Assembly: GCF_006345805.1 (NCBI RefSeq)
Contig: NC_043000.1
Location: forward strand, 17,298,001 to 17,362,000
Origin: Octopus sinensis
Lineage: Eukaryota
Length of the DNA stretch: 64,000 nt
Direction: 5' to 3'
Part shown: positions 1 through 11,759 of the stretch, one piece after another
How positions within the stretch are numbered: position 1 is the stretch's first letter
Layout of the letters: each line of letters begins with the position of its first letter
Translations under genes and position numbers: made by a program
Notes under the pieces: model-generated
Told to the model about the DNA's origin: nothing
The model's database searches: none
The model's input: the letters and a program-made list of their open reading frames with translations, nothing else

Positions 1-152
1 CAGTAGATGACGAACGCGATATACGCGTTAGCCACCTCTGCCCGACTTTTCAGTATGATAATGACAGCCGACTGGTGTCTGCGCTCACAAAATATACCAG
101 AGCAAACAAGACCGAACGCTCTGAGAAGTAAAACAATAATAATAATAATTGC

Positions 153-193
<41 letters not shown>

Positions 194-556
194 CTTGCTG
201 TCCGGTAGCAAGTTTTCTGAAAGGTGGGTGAATTGTGTGAGAATGGCCAGTATAAATGGACCAGTTCTCAGGTTTCGCCTGTGATTCAAAAAGGTAATAT
301 AAAAGGAAAATAGGGACTCTCTACCCCCCTTTTTGACCAGGCTCCCGTTGGCTTTTATGGGGTTTTTTCCACCAGGAACCTTTCGAAGCGCCTCCCCCTA
401 TTGGGAGTTTTTCCTTGTTACAATCTTTCGTTGTTACACTGTTTTTACACGATTTTTTCACAAACGGATAAAACCCTTTGTAACCTTTCGTCCTGTTCTC
501 TCCCTTTATGTTTTCTAATCATGTGTGTCAGCCCTTGTGGCCAATAAAAAAGAATT
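194..556 (+). mobile_element. Tx1-like LINE 3' end
   Basis: Frame SKFSERWVNCVRMASINGPVLRFRL-stop resembles the piece at 32445; tail cagcccttgtggccaataaa followed by (ATT)n. Confidence 0.6.
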
Positions 557-701
557 AATTATTATTATTATTATACATGCGTTTGTTTTACTAACGGAAC
601 TGAAAAAAATCGACCTTGTTTCTGAAAATTTTTGAACCTGGATTTGGCACCCACTAAGCACTTACTGATACGTCGCGTCACTCCAATCAGGAATTAGAAC
701 C

Positions 702-1078
702 TGTAGTGACGTCATTTTGGGATGTTCATCTGCGCATGTGCAAGGATTAGTGTCTTCTGGTAGGCCTGCCGGAAGTCCCTTATGCGCATGCGCAGTCATC
801 AGCAGCAGCTAGGCAAGACCGCTATTCTCTCTCTCTCTCTTAGCTTCCTGCTGTCGACGGATTCAGACGTGACCAGATAAAGCTCCGAGCGCAGGTGAGC
901 AAGACTTGGGGGCTGCGAAGAATGCCTTCAACAGGTGTGATTTAAACCGACTCTGCTGTTTCCTACCTCAGGTGTTCACGCTACCGATGTCCAGAGATGA
1001 AATGCTTATTTCCGTGAAAATAAACTATTATTGTTATTTGTTCGGAGTTTCGTGTTCCTGCTATTTTTCCTTTCTACA
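702..1078 (+). mobile_element. Solo LTR-like element (TGTAG...CTACA)
   Basis: 5-bp terminal inverted repeat, AATAAA near the 3' end, first ~110 bp align with the solo LTR at 23912-24348; no TSD found. Confidence 0.65.
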
Positions 1079-1235
1079 ACTATGGAGGGAATTGTGTGAG
1101 GCACCCAACCAGTGCAAATATCACACATTGATATCCTACAAACCTATGACTATATATGATCGTGAGCCCAACACCTCTAATCACTTGGCCACGCACCATC
1201 AAAATATTCAATTGAGATATAAAATAAGTTACCAA

Positions 1236-1434
1236 GAGTGGCTGTGTGGTAAGTAGCTTGCTTACCAACCACATGGTTCCGGGCTCAGTCCCACTGCGTG
1301 GCACTTTGGGGGAATGTCTTCTACTATAGCCTCGGGCCGATTAAATCCTTGTGAGAGGAGTTGGTAGACGGAAACTGAAAGAAGCCCGTCGTATATATGT
1401 ATATATATATATATATGTTTGTGTGTGTGTGTGT

Positions 1435-1476
<42 letters not shown>

Positions 1477-1686
1477 TGTGTGTGACGGTGTTTGTCCCCA
1501 CCAACATCGTTTGACAACCGATGCTGGTGTGTTTACGTCCCCGTAACTTAGCGGTTCGGCAAAAAAACCGATAGAATAAGTACTAGGCTTACAAAGAATA
1601 AGTCCTGGGATCGATTTGCTCGACTAAAGGCGGTGCTCCGGCATGGCCACAGTCAAATGACTTGAAACAAGTAAAAGAGTAAAGAG
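1236..1686 (+). mobile_element. tRNA-headed SINE family A with internal (GT)n
   Basis: Head gtggctgtgtggtaag...ggctcagtccc with A/B-box-like motifs, tail gaaacaagtaaaagag; many copies in the window. Confidence 0.9.
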
Positions 1687-1850
1687 ATACAGATATATGT
1701 TGGGAGTTGGTAGACATGATCGATTAGCATCTCTCGATGGAGATACCCCAGCGTGGCCGCAGTTCAACTATGAAACCATTGAAAGAATGGAAGAATATCA
1801 TAAAACATAATGACAAACAACTGTGAGAGATGGCAGGGTGGCTTAATGGC

Positions 1851-2266
1851 GGCGGCGAGCTGGCAGAAACGTTAGCACGCCGGGCGAAATGCTTAGCGGT
1901 ATTTCGTCTGTCGCTATGTTCTGAGTTCAAATTCCGCCGAGATCGACTTTGCTTTTCATCCTTTCGGGGTCGATAAATTAAGTACCAGTTACGCACTGGG
2001 GTCGATGTAATCGACTTAATACCTATGTCTGTCCTTGTTTGTCCCCTCTATGTTTAGCCCCTTGTCGGTAGTAAAGAAATAGGTATTTCGTCTGTCGTTA
2101 CGTTGTGAGTTCAAATTCCGCCGTGGTCGACTTTGTCTTTCATCCTTTCGGGGTCGATAAATTAAGTACCTGTTACGCACTGGGCTCGGTGTAATCGACT
2201 TAATCCCTTTGTCTGTCCTTGTTTGTCCCCTCTATGTTTGGCCCCTTGTGGGTAATAAAGAAATAG
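1851..2266 (+). mobile_element. SINE family B plus a 5'-truncated tandem second copy (2083-2266)
   Basis: ggcggcgagctggcagaaacg...gtcgactttgcctttcatcctttcggggtcg core; tail gccccttgtgggtaataaagaaat. Confidence 0.9.
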
Positions 2267-2550
2267 GTAGGTTATGTACAGGCAAAGAAATTGTGGGGAG
2301 GAAATCTTCAGAAACAAAGAAGCAAATTTATTTTTTTTAATACCAAAACGAGAAAACCCACACAATATATCATGATTTTGTGAACGTATTTATCAAAACC
2401 ATCTTAAATTTTATTATTTTGTCTGGTTTTCATTAGTGCGATAATTAAATAAACAACAACGAACGTAACAACAATAATGAAAAACCCACAATTATCTCAT
2501 TCATATTTTCCTATTTAATTTGAACCATATTTTATACCTTAGCGACATCT

Positions 2551-2694
2551 GTGGACAATTTCTTTATGACATATACGCCACATCTATCTAGATGTTCTTG
2601 TTCACACGCACACGCACATATACATACAACTACATACATACACGTATGCACGCACGCATGCGCTCATACGCACGCTCACACACACACACACACA

Positions 2695-2730
<36 letters not shown>

Positions 2731-3146
2731 CTTATTTGTAGAGACAAACGTTAGCAGTGTGTGTGTGTACGTGCGCTCGTGTATTAAAAACACACACAGT
2801 ATATATATACATATATATATATAGGGAGAGTTTACGAAAAAAACAAATATATATATATATACATAAAGTTACGTATACATATGAATACATACACACACAT
2901 TTGTTTGGTGCGTATGTATGTATGTATGTGTGTATATATATGTGTGTGAGTGAAAATATATATACTTGCAGGTATATACATATGCACATTAAATACATCA
3001 TGTCATAATACATTATATATGCGCAGTATGTCCCCTAACAGATTCGTGTGTGTATGTATATGATGTGTATAAATACACACACACATGAACGTACGTACGT
3101 ATATACGTAAGTATGTATGTATGTATGTATGTATGTATGTATGTAT
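2551..3146. repeat. Compound (CA)/(TG)/(TA)/(TATG) microsatellite field
   Basis: Visible simple repeats. Confidence 0.9.
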
Positions 3147-3545
3147 ACTCTTTTACTTGTTTCAGTCATTTTGACTGCGGCCATGCTGGAGCACCGCCTT
3201 TAGTCGAGCAAATCGACCCCGGGACTTATTCTTTGTAAGCCCAGTACTTATTCTATCGGTCTCTTTGCCGAACCGCTAAGTGACGGGGACGTAAACACAC
3301 CAGCATCGGTTGTCAAGCAATGCTAGGGGGACAATCACACACACACAAACACATATATATATATATATATACATATATACGACAGGCTTCTTTCAGTTTC
3401 CGTCTACCAAATCCACTCACAAGGCATTGGGAGGCCCGGGGCTATAGCAGAAGACATTTGCCCAAGATGCCACGCAGTGGGACTGAACCCGGAACCATGT
3501 GGTTGGTTAGCAAGCTACTTACCACACAGCCACTCCTGCGCCTAT
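3147..3545 (-). mobile_element. SINE family A, flanked by (TATG)n on both sides
   Basis: Reverse complement of 1236-1686. Confidence 0.9.
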
Positions 3546-3909
3546 GTATGTATGTATGTATGTATGTATGTATGTATGTATGTATGTATGTATGTATGTA
3601 TGTATGTGGAAGGATGGTGTGCAAGTATGGCCGAGTGGGTTTGTTCAAGAGTTTCGATCCCACTGCATGGATACATGGGTTCAACTCCTACTATATCTTC
3701 CTATTAACCTAAAATCTTTTGACCGAAATTGTGTAGACGGAAACTTAAGTAGAAGAAACCGGTCGAATGAATATTTCACTGTTTCTGTAATAATTTGTCA
3801 GGACTGGAATCTTCATATACCGTGTCACGCTGATTCTGTCCAAGGATTATGTTAAAAATATACGTGTCATTCACTTAAAATGCTTACTGCTAGGTTGTTC
3901 AAACGAAAG

Positions 3910-3941
3910 ATATATATATAATATATCATTTATATATATAC

Positions 3942-4002
<61 letters not shown>

Positions 4003-4018
4003 TGTGTGTGTGTGTGTG

Positions 4019-4061
<43 letters not shown>

Positions 4062-4185
4062 TATATATATATATATACACACACATATATTATATACACA
4101 CACACACATATATATATACACACACACACATATATATATATACATATATATATATGTGTGTGTGTGTGTATATATATAATATATA

Positions 4186-4266
<81 letters not shown>
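3910..4266. repeat. Compound (TA)/(GT)/(CA) microsatellite
   Basis: Visible simple repeats. Confidence 0.95.
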
Positions 4267-4269
<3 letters not shown>

Positions 4270-5447
4270 GATAGGGAGAGAGAGGCAGTGACAGAGAGAG
4301 AAACGGTGGGCCGGAGAAGGATAGTGTGTACGTGTGTGTATGTGTGTGAAGCTAATCTCCAGACATATTTGCTGGTTAAATCAGCTTTATCTTTCCTGAG
4401 CACATTCGATCGCTTTTTACTTACAATAATATTCATATTTTATAAATACGTATTTCTATAAATTTCTGTTGCATAGTTTTTTTTTCTCAGGAAAAATATA
4501 ATAAAGCCCACAAACCACTCATAACAATTAAATTTTTTTACAATTTCCATGAAGACAATGCTAAAGTTATTTATTTCCCATGTATTTTATGATTTATATA
4601 TTTTATTTTATTTTCTACCATAAATATAAAGTCATAACTATTTATGTATAATTTTATCAAAACTATTTTTCATTTGTCTCTTGATTACTTCCCACGAAGC
4701 AATATACTCCTTTGCAAATCTCAGTTATTGGAGTGAGACCACCTTCGAGGATTCTTAATCATATTTGACCTCAATATTTACTAAGAATGGTATTTACTTT
4801 ATCAATCTCTGTCTTGAAACAGATTTGAAGAAGACCTGGAGAAGAGAGAGCATATTATTGAGGAACTCACGATCGTTTAACCAGCTGATCAAACAAGCGA
4901 TCAATTAGTTGGCTGGTTAAATAATTAACCAATTTGACATATAATAAAGAAGTGGACTAGTGCATGTATTTATTATTGGCTTTATGACTCTCCCAACATA
5001 CAACAAAATTTGTTTCAACACACGAGTTCACATCAAGAATCTTGTAACTCAAATACAAATAATGAAATATTTACTTTGTTTCCGTTAAGGGAGTAAAAAC
5101 TACTAGGAAATTTCACTGATTTACACTAGCATACATAAGCATAGACACCAACTCACACATCAATATACTAGCGAGTTTGCGGGGTTTATAAATAAATATA
5201 TTTACCAATATCACATCAGTATGTTTAATAACCATATGTATTGAAAACAAATTCTGAAGAGGAACCATAGGCGCTTCAGCAGTTAAAAATGAGGACCTAA
5301 GTAGCTAGTTTCGGCTTTTATTAAAGGCTCGTCAGAAGTTTGGAAGCGTGAAGCTTCTTGCAGTGATGGTAATTATAATTTGACAAGCATAAAGGATTTA
5401 TATACAGTTAATAAAATTCGTGAGTGAGTATAAACTACATCACCAAT

Positions 5448-5830
5448 GGAAGCACTCCGTCGGTTACGACGAGGAGGGTTCCGGTTGATCCGAATCAACG
5501 GAACAGCCTGCTCGTGAAATTAACGTGTAAGTGGCTGAGCACTCCACAGACACGTGTACCCTTAACGTAGTTCTCGGGGATATTCAGCGTGACACAGAGA
5601 GTGACAAGGCCGGCCCTTTGAAATACAGGTACAACAGAAACAGGAAGTAAGAGTGAGAGAAAGTTGTGGTGAAAGAGTACAGCAGGGATCACCACCATCC
5701 CTGCCGGAGCCTCGTGGAGCTTTTAGGTGTTTTCGCTCAATAAACACTCACAATGCCCGGTCTGGGAATCGAAACCGCGATCCTATGACCGCGAGTCCGC
5801 TGCCCTAACCACTGGGCCATTGCGCCTCCA
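5448..5830 (-). mobile_element. tRNA-headed SINE family C, TSD acatcaccaat
   Basis: Head gtggaggcgcaatggcccagtggttagggc; 11-bp direct repeat at 5437-5447 and 5830-5840. Confidence 0.92.
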
Positions 5831-5869
5831 CATCACCAATACAACGTTGTTATAAACAAATATGTAACT

Positions 5870-6165
5870 CCTTCGTAGTAGTACCTCAATCCGAGAAAGA
5901 CGGTTCTACAATTTCTTGCTGAACAACCTGCAGAGATGATTTGACTATTGTGATCAAACGTTCGTGCTGAACGTTAGCTCACTTCCTGTTATCAAATCGA
6001 TTGCCTGTACCGGTGCACGGTGTACCACACGTCAAGTGCTGAAGTGATTGTAGAGCGACGTGAGATGAGGAGTTTCGCTCAAAAACACAACGCACCACCC
6101 CATTCTGATCCGGATGCCGAACCCACGCTCTTGCGATCATGAGTGCAATACCCTCACCACTGTAT
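5870..6165 (-). mobile_element. Older tRNA-headed SINE (family F; related copy at about 38220-38525)
   Basis: Head gtggtgagggtattgcactcatgatcg...ggttcg; body shared with the 38220 copy. Confidence 0.6.
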
Positions 6166-6540
6166 GTGGAAGCACTCCGTCGGTTACGACGACGAGGGTT
6201 CCGGTTGATCCGAATCAACGGAACAGCCTGCTCGTGAAATTAACGTGTAAGTGGCTGAGCACTCCACAGACACGTGTACCCTTAACGTAGTTCTCGGGGA
6301 TATTCAGCGTGACACAGAGAGTGACAAGGCCGGCCCTTTGAAATACAGGTACAACAGAAACAGGAAGTAAGAGTGAGAGAAAGTTGTGGTGAAAGAGTAC
6401 AGCAGGGATCACCACCATCCCCTGCCGGAGCCTCATGGAGCTTTAGGTGTTTTCACTCACAACGCCCGGTCTGGGAATCGAAACCGCGATCCTATGACCG
6501 CGAGTCCGCTGCCCTAACCACTGGGCCATTGCGCCTCCAC
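6166..6540 (-). mobile_element. SINE family C, TSD accactgtat
   Basis: Near-identical to 5448-5830; 10-bp direct repeat at 6156-6165 and 6543-6552. Confidence 0.92.
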
Positions 6541-6649
6541 TAACCACTGTATAGAGAATTCGCAATAAACTATGTATACAGAATTCGTAACAAACATATT
6601 TTTACTTCAATGTGAAAATAGACGCCAGCATTTTGTTTCGCAAGAATGT

Positions 6650-7430
6650 GTTACGACACTGTATAAAATGTCACCTTTTCACACGTCAGTTATACCAGAG
6701 GACTGTAACACTTGTAGGCAGTGACGCTCGATACATAGTGACAAAAGTATACAGTGGCACCAGCTTACTGTGATGCCAATTTTTAGTGACACTCCTACAT
6801 ATAGTATATAGCGTAACAATATTGTACAGTGAAATAACTATACTGCGACAACGATACACGGTGATGCATCTATACTCTGTGGCACCATTCTACAATGAAA
6901 CCAATATATAGAGATGCATCTGGACAGGGAGTCACAAGTACATAGTGACACCATTACACAGTGACATCAATATTCAATGTCAGCAGTGTGCAGTGGTGTT
7001 AGTAGACGGTGATACAATTATATACGAAACCAGTGTACAATCCTGCTATAACACCAATACACAGTGACACCTCTATACCGTGACACGAGTGCAGAGTAAC
7101 ATCACTTTACGGCAGCTTAAGTCTACAATGACAATAGTAAACCGTGACACTACTTTACCGTGACACTACTTTACCGTGACACAAGCGCACAGTTACACCA
7201 GTTTGCTGTGACATAAGGATACAAGGTTACCATTACACAGCGACATCACTGTACCGTAATACATATACACAGCAACACCAGCTTGCTGTGATATGTATAC
7301 AGTGACACCACTACACGGTGATACTGTTATATTGTGACACATGTATACAGGCACACCGGCTTGCTGTGGCATGTATATAGTGACAGCACTACACAGTGAC
7401 ACTGTTATATTGTGGACACATGTACTGTGT
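6650..7430 (+). repeat. Degenerate ~16-17-bp minisatellite (acagtgacacca core)
   Basis: Recurrent acagtgacac/ccgtgacac motif; exact ccgtgacactacttta repeats near 7142. Confidence 0.7.
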
Positions 7431-7577
7431 TTCTCACAGGAAGTAGCCCCTCCTTGGAAGAGATCATTGGGGATTGAAAGGGGGCGGACGAATTGCCAAT
7501 TTTCATAAAATTTAGCTGGCTTTAAGCATTTTATACCTATCCAACCCACAGCAAGAAAGAAACATATTCTTTTTTCT

Positions 7578-7923
7578 TTTCTTTTGCTTGTTTCAGTCAT
7601 TTGCCTGCGGCCTTGCTGGAGCACCGCCTTTAGTCGAACAAATCGACCTCAAGACCTATTCTTTGTAAGATTACTACTTATGCTTTTGGTCTCTTTTTTG
7701 CCGAACCGCTAAGTTGTCAAGCGATGGTGGAAGGACAAACACAGACAAAAATAAATACTCACACACACACATATACGACGGGCTTCTTTCAGTTTCCGTC
7801 TACCAAATCCACTCACAAGGCTTTGGTCGGCCCGACGCTATAGTAGAAGACCAAGGTGCCACGCAGTAGGACTGAACTCGGAACCATGTGGTTGGTAAGA
7901 AAGCTTCTTACCACACAGCCACT
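7578..7923 (-). mobile_element. SINE family A
   Basis: Similarity to other family A copies. Confidence 0.85.
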
Positions 7924-8059
7924 ATGCTAACTCTTGTTTCGTTTCCTCATTAATAAAAGGTGAGGAGTGGAGCAAAAAATTACACTAATATTTGGTGGGG
8001 GGATGGGATAACTATCAGTCTGAGAACCTTTGGACCTGTATAAATTGGAACCAGTATAT

Positions 8060-8289
8060 GTTTCTTTACTACCCACAAGGGGCTAAACATAGAGGGGACA
8101 AACAAGGACAGACAAACGGATTAAGTCAATTACATCGACCCCAGTGCGTAACTGGTACTTAATTTAACGACCCCGAAAGGATGAAAGGCAAAGTCGACCT
8201 CGGCGGAATTTGAACTCAGAACGTAGCGACGGGCGAAATGCCGCGAAGCACTTCGTCCGGCGTGCTAACGTCTCTGCCAGCTCGCCGCC
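8060..8289 (-). mobile_element. SINE family B, TSD ccagtatat
   Basis: Direct repeat at 8051-8059 and 8288-8296. Confidence 0.9.
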
Positions 8290-8337
8290 AGTATATAGTA
8301 ACGCTTGTAACACAGTGCCAATGTAGAAGCTTATTAA

Positions 8338-8420
8338 TGTTACACCAATCTGCTTGTGTTACAACAATTTGCTTGTGTTACACCAATATGCTTGTGTTAC
8401 ACCAATATGCTTGTGTTACA
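8338..8420 (+). repeat. 19-bp tandem repeat (tgttacaccaatatgcttg) x4.4
   Basis: Direct inspection. Confidence 0.9.
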
Positions 8421-8524
8421 GCACCTGTATTCATTCCTACGGCAGGTCAACGTAAACTTTCAGCATTAGCTGCTTGCAAATAACATACTTAATTGACCTA
8501 GAAGAAAGAGAGAGACAGATAGAC

Positions 8525-8564
<40 letters not shown>

Positions 8565-9080
8565 GGAGAGAAAGAGCGGGAGGGAGAGGAGAAAGAAACT
8601 TTTCTTTCAGAAACAACAATGTCTTTCTTTTGTGAGTTAATACCAAGTGAGTAAGTAGTCTTTTGTTGTTTGTGTAAAGACTTACTGCAGCCATTAAAGT
8701 TACTGTTTACATATCACAGCTGTCAGAGGCAACACTCTAGACGTTGTTCTACTTTTACTGCTATGTCCTTCGTTTCTTTTGCAGTTCGTTCACATCTCTC
8801 TGGTGTACCTGTCTGTCGGTTTGCTTGTCTGTCCATCTGTCAGTCAGCTGAGTCGCTGTGTGTTTGTGTGTATATAATTATATGTTCGAGTGTTTTGGGG
8901 TGTGTTACACGAAGCCTTGAATTATATGCATTTATACATTTGTGAATAGCACGTGTACACACGGATATATTTCAGAATGTACATGAACATGTGCCTCTCA
9001 CAAAGGAGATGACAAAGAACCCTGGTGATTGGAAACACGCAATACTGGAGAAGACCTCTTCCTTTCGTTAATACCTTTTC

Positions 9081-9466
9081 TGGTAAGTAGCTTGTTTACC
9101 AACCACATGGTTCCGGGTTCAGTCCCACTGCGTGGCACCTTGGGCAAGTGTCTTCTACTATAGCCTCGGGCTGACCAAAGCCTTGTGAGTGGATTTGGTA
9201 TACAGAAACTGAAAGAAGCCCGTCGTATATATGTATATATGCGTGTGTGTGTTTGTGCGTCTGTGTTTGTCCCCCTAGCATTGCTTGACAACCGATGCTG
9301 GTGTGCTTATGTCCCCGTTACTTAGCGGTTCGGCAAAAAGAGACCGATAGAATAAGTACTGGGCTTACAAAAGAATAAGTCCTGGGGTCGAGTTGCTCGA
9401 TTAAAGGCGGTGCTCCAGCATGGCCGCAGTCAAATGACAAATGACTGAAACAAGTAAAAGAGTAAA
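9081..9466 (+). mobile_element. SINE family A (5'-clipped)
   Basis: Similarity to other family A copies. Confidence 0.88.
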
Positions 9467-9529
9467 TTGAAGCGTACGATAAAATTTGGGCAATGATGAA
9501 GGCTCAGAAAAAGGTAATTAAAGTTCATT

Positions 9530-10534
9530 AAAACGACAGCTCTATTAGACTTTCAAAGAGGTCAAATTGTTGGTGCTCGTATGGCAGGCGCTAGCGTAAC
9601 GAAAACAGCTAAAATGTTTGGTGTATCAAGAAGTACTGTCTTGAAAGTAATGACAGCCTTTGAGAAACAGGGAAAAATCCTCCTCGTCGAAACAAAACTT
9701 TCAGATAGGAACCATCGGACTCTTACGCGAATTGTTAGAAAAGATCACAAGTACAGCTCCCAAAATTACTGCACAGCTTAATGAACACCTCGAGAACCCA
9801 GTTTCCACAAAAACTGTTCACCGGGAGCTGCACAAAGCCGGATTTCATGGGAGGGCTGCAATCAGAAAACTACTACTTTCAAAAGCAAACGTTGCAAAGC
9901 GTTTAGAGCAGAGAAAAAATCTACAGAATTGGTCCCTAGAGCAGTGGAAGAATGATATATTTTCGGACGAGTCATCCTTTACCTTATTTTCGGCCAGTAT
10001 ACATGTGGAGACAGCCGAAATAAGCATTTGATCCAGACTGCCTTCTTCCAACTGTTAAACATGGAGGAGGATCCGTGATGATCGGGGGGGGGGGGGTGCT
10101 ATACCTTGGAAATGCGCCAGCTTAATGGTTTCCCTTCATGGCAGAATTAATAGTCAAGACTATTTAAGCATTTAATCTGATCAAATTCTTAGTATGGTTG
10201 CAGAACTGTTTCCGGGGGAAAACGCAATCTTTCAGGATGATAATGCACCAATTCACACAGCTAAAGTTGTTACTGAATGGCACGAGGAACATTCTAGTGA
10301 AGTTGAACATCTTAACTGGCCATCACAGTCTCCAGATCTCAATATTATTGAACATTTATGGTACATTTTTGAAAAACAAGTTAGGAGTCGATATCCTCCA
10401 CCATCATCACTACAAGAACTGGAGACTGTTTTAGCTGAAGACTGGACAAAAATTCCTTTGGAAACAATTCAAACTTTGTACGAGTCCATACTTTGTAGAA
10501 TTCAAGCTGTAATTACTGCCAAAGGCGGTCCTAC
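9530..10534 (+). mobile_element. Tc1-like (DD34E) transposase pseudogene
   Basis: Frameshifted ORFs with the HTH region, FSDES, FQDDNAP and SPDLNIIEHLW motifs. Confidence 0.9.
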
Positions 10535-11672
10535 AGACGACTTCAGAATCTCCTGCAACTCTTCTGGGCAGACTCCTTGTTTAAGTTGGTGAATGTTGCC
10601 ATAATCCTTGCCTTCAGTTCATCTTTGGTGTAACAAGGAGTTTTGCTGGTCTCTCGCTCAACTGCGCCCCATACATAGTGATCAAGGGGTTGCAGTCTGG
10701 GGAGTTAGGTGGACACAGAAATTTGACTGGGTTCTCCTGCTTGTGTGGCATGGTACTGAGTCCTGTTACCAGACATAGGGTTAGCACTACCTCCTCCAGG
10801 CACTATCTTCTCCGGGCACTACCTCCTCCAGGCACTATCTTCTCCGGGCACTACCTCCTTCAGGCATTTAATGTCGGCCTCCGTGCTAAGTTTGAGGCCG
10901 TGTGGGAAGATGAATGGAGGCATAACATCGCCATCACTAGTGATGACTCCAAACACCATGATGTTGACTGGATGTTTGATTTTTATCACTCAGTACATGT
11001 TTTGGGGGCACAGCAAGCCAACGGATGTTCTGTGTGTTCATCATCAGATCCTGGCAGAAATTTTTCTCGTCTGAAAAAGCCAAAGCATGTTTGGTTGAAG
11101 GGGATGCTTGAGTTTGTTCAAAAGCTTCGTAGCATGGTCTTTACTCTCGTCGTTGATGGCTTGGAAGAAAAATTGGCCCTTTCTCATCTTGTATGAGGAA
11201 TACCGAATGTCTTCGTGCACTACTTGCCTGATAAGAAACTCAGACACTCCCATGACCTTGGCAATGGACCTGATTGACTTGGCGGGATCGTTGTCAATCG
11301 TAACCTTCATCTCACCAACAAATTCAGGAGTTCTTTTCTTATCAGAACGATCAGAGTAAGTTTTCCGAGCTGCCGTACCTTTGTAATCACCATTAGACTC
11401 ATCCAACTCTTTCCGAATCCTCTGCTTTGTCCTCAGATTGACATCCAAACACTCTGAAATGTTCGTATTGGAGCTTCTGGTGCGGATGCCAAGCAGTACT
11501 GCATGTCGTTTCAAAATTTCTGGCAGAGTAAATTGCGTCATAGTGCAATTTTTCTTACAGACGGTGTCTAACTGACCCTACTATACTGTGTTGTTGACAA
11601 AATCATAAACGAACAATGCGCATGCGTGAAATTAAAAATATAAAATGGCTGCAATTTACTCATCGCAGCCTT
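10535..11672 (-). mobile_element. maT/DD37D-like Tc1-mariner transposase pseudogene
   Basis: ORF 11044-11541 (HTH, DIRY..Y.MRK) plus PPNSPDCNPLDHYVW on the minus strand. Confidence 0.8.
10785..10864 (+). repeat. 16-bp tandem repeat x5, alternating two variants
   Basis: cactacctcctccagg / cactatcttctccggg alternate. Confidence 0.9.
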
Positions 11673-11759
11673 TATATATATATGAGATAGTTTTGGTCAA
11701 GCAATGGGAAGTATGACTTTAAAGAAAGTTGTGTAAAACCGAACAATACGGAAGGGTTC

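Noticed and set aside
702-1230. Full LTR retrotransposon starting at 702
   Set aside because: No convincing PBS, PPT, internal ORF or TSD; treated as a solo LTR-like relic.
1236-1300. tRNA genes at SINE heads
   Set aside because: A/B-box-like motifs run into SINE bodies; no complete cloverleaf.
2551-4436. Long HTHT/VCVC/YIYI ORFs (also 15706-16780, 20774-21608, 26882-27671, 45261-45866)
   Set aside because: Stop-free translations of dinucleotide microsatellites.
5495-5698. Recurrent ORF MVVIPAVLFHHNFLSLLLPVSVV... (seven or so copies)
   Set aside because: Chance frame within SINE family C, not a gene family.
8338-8420. CRISPR-like arrays (also 10785-10864, 18462-18685)
   Set aside because: No unique spacers, no cas genes, animal context.
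10678-11196. 172-aa plus-strand ORF
   Set aside because: Antisense to the maT-like transposase and includes the 16-bp repeat.
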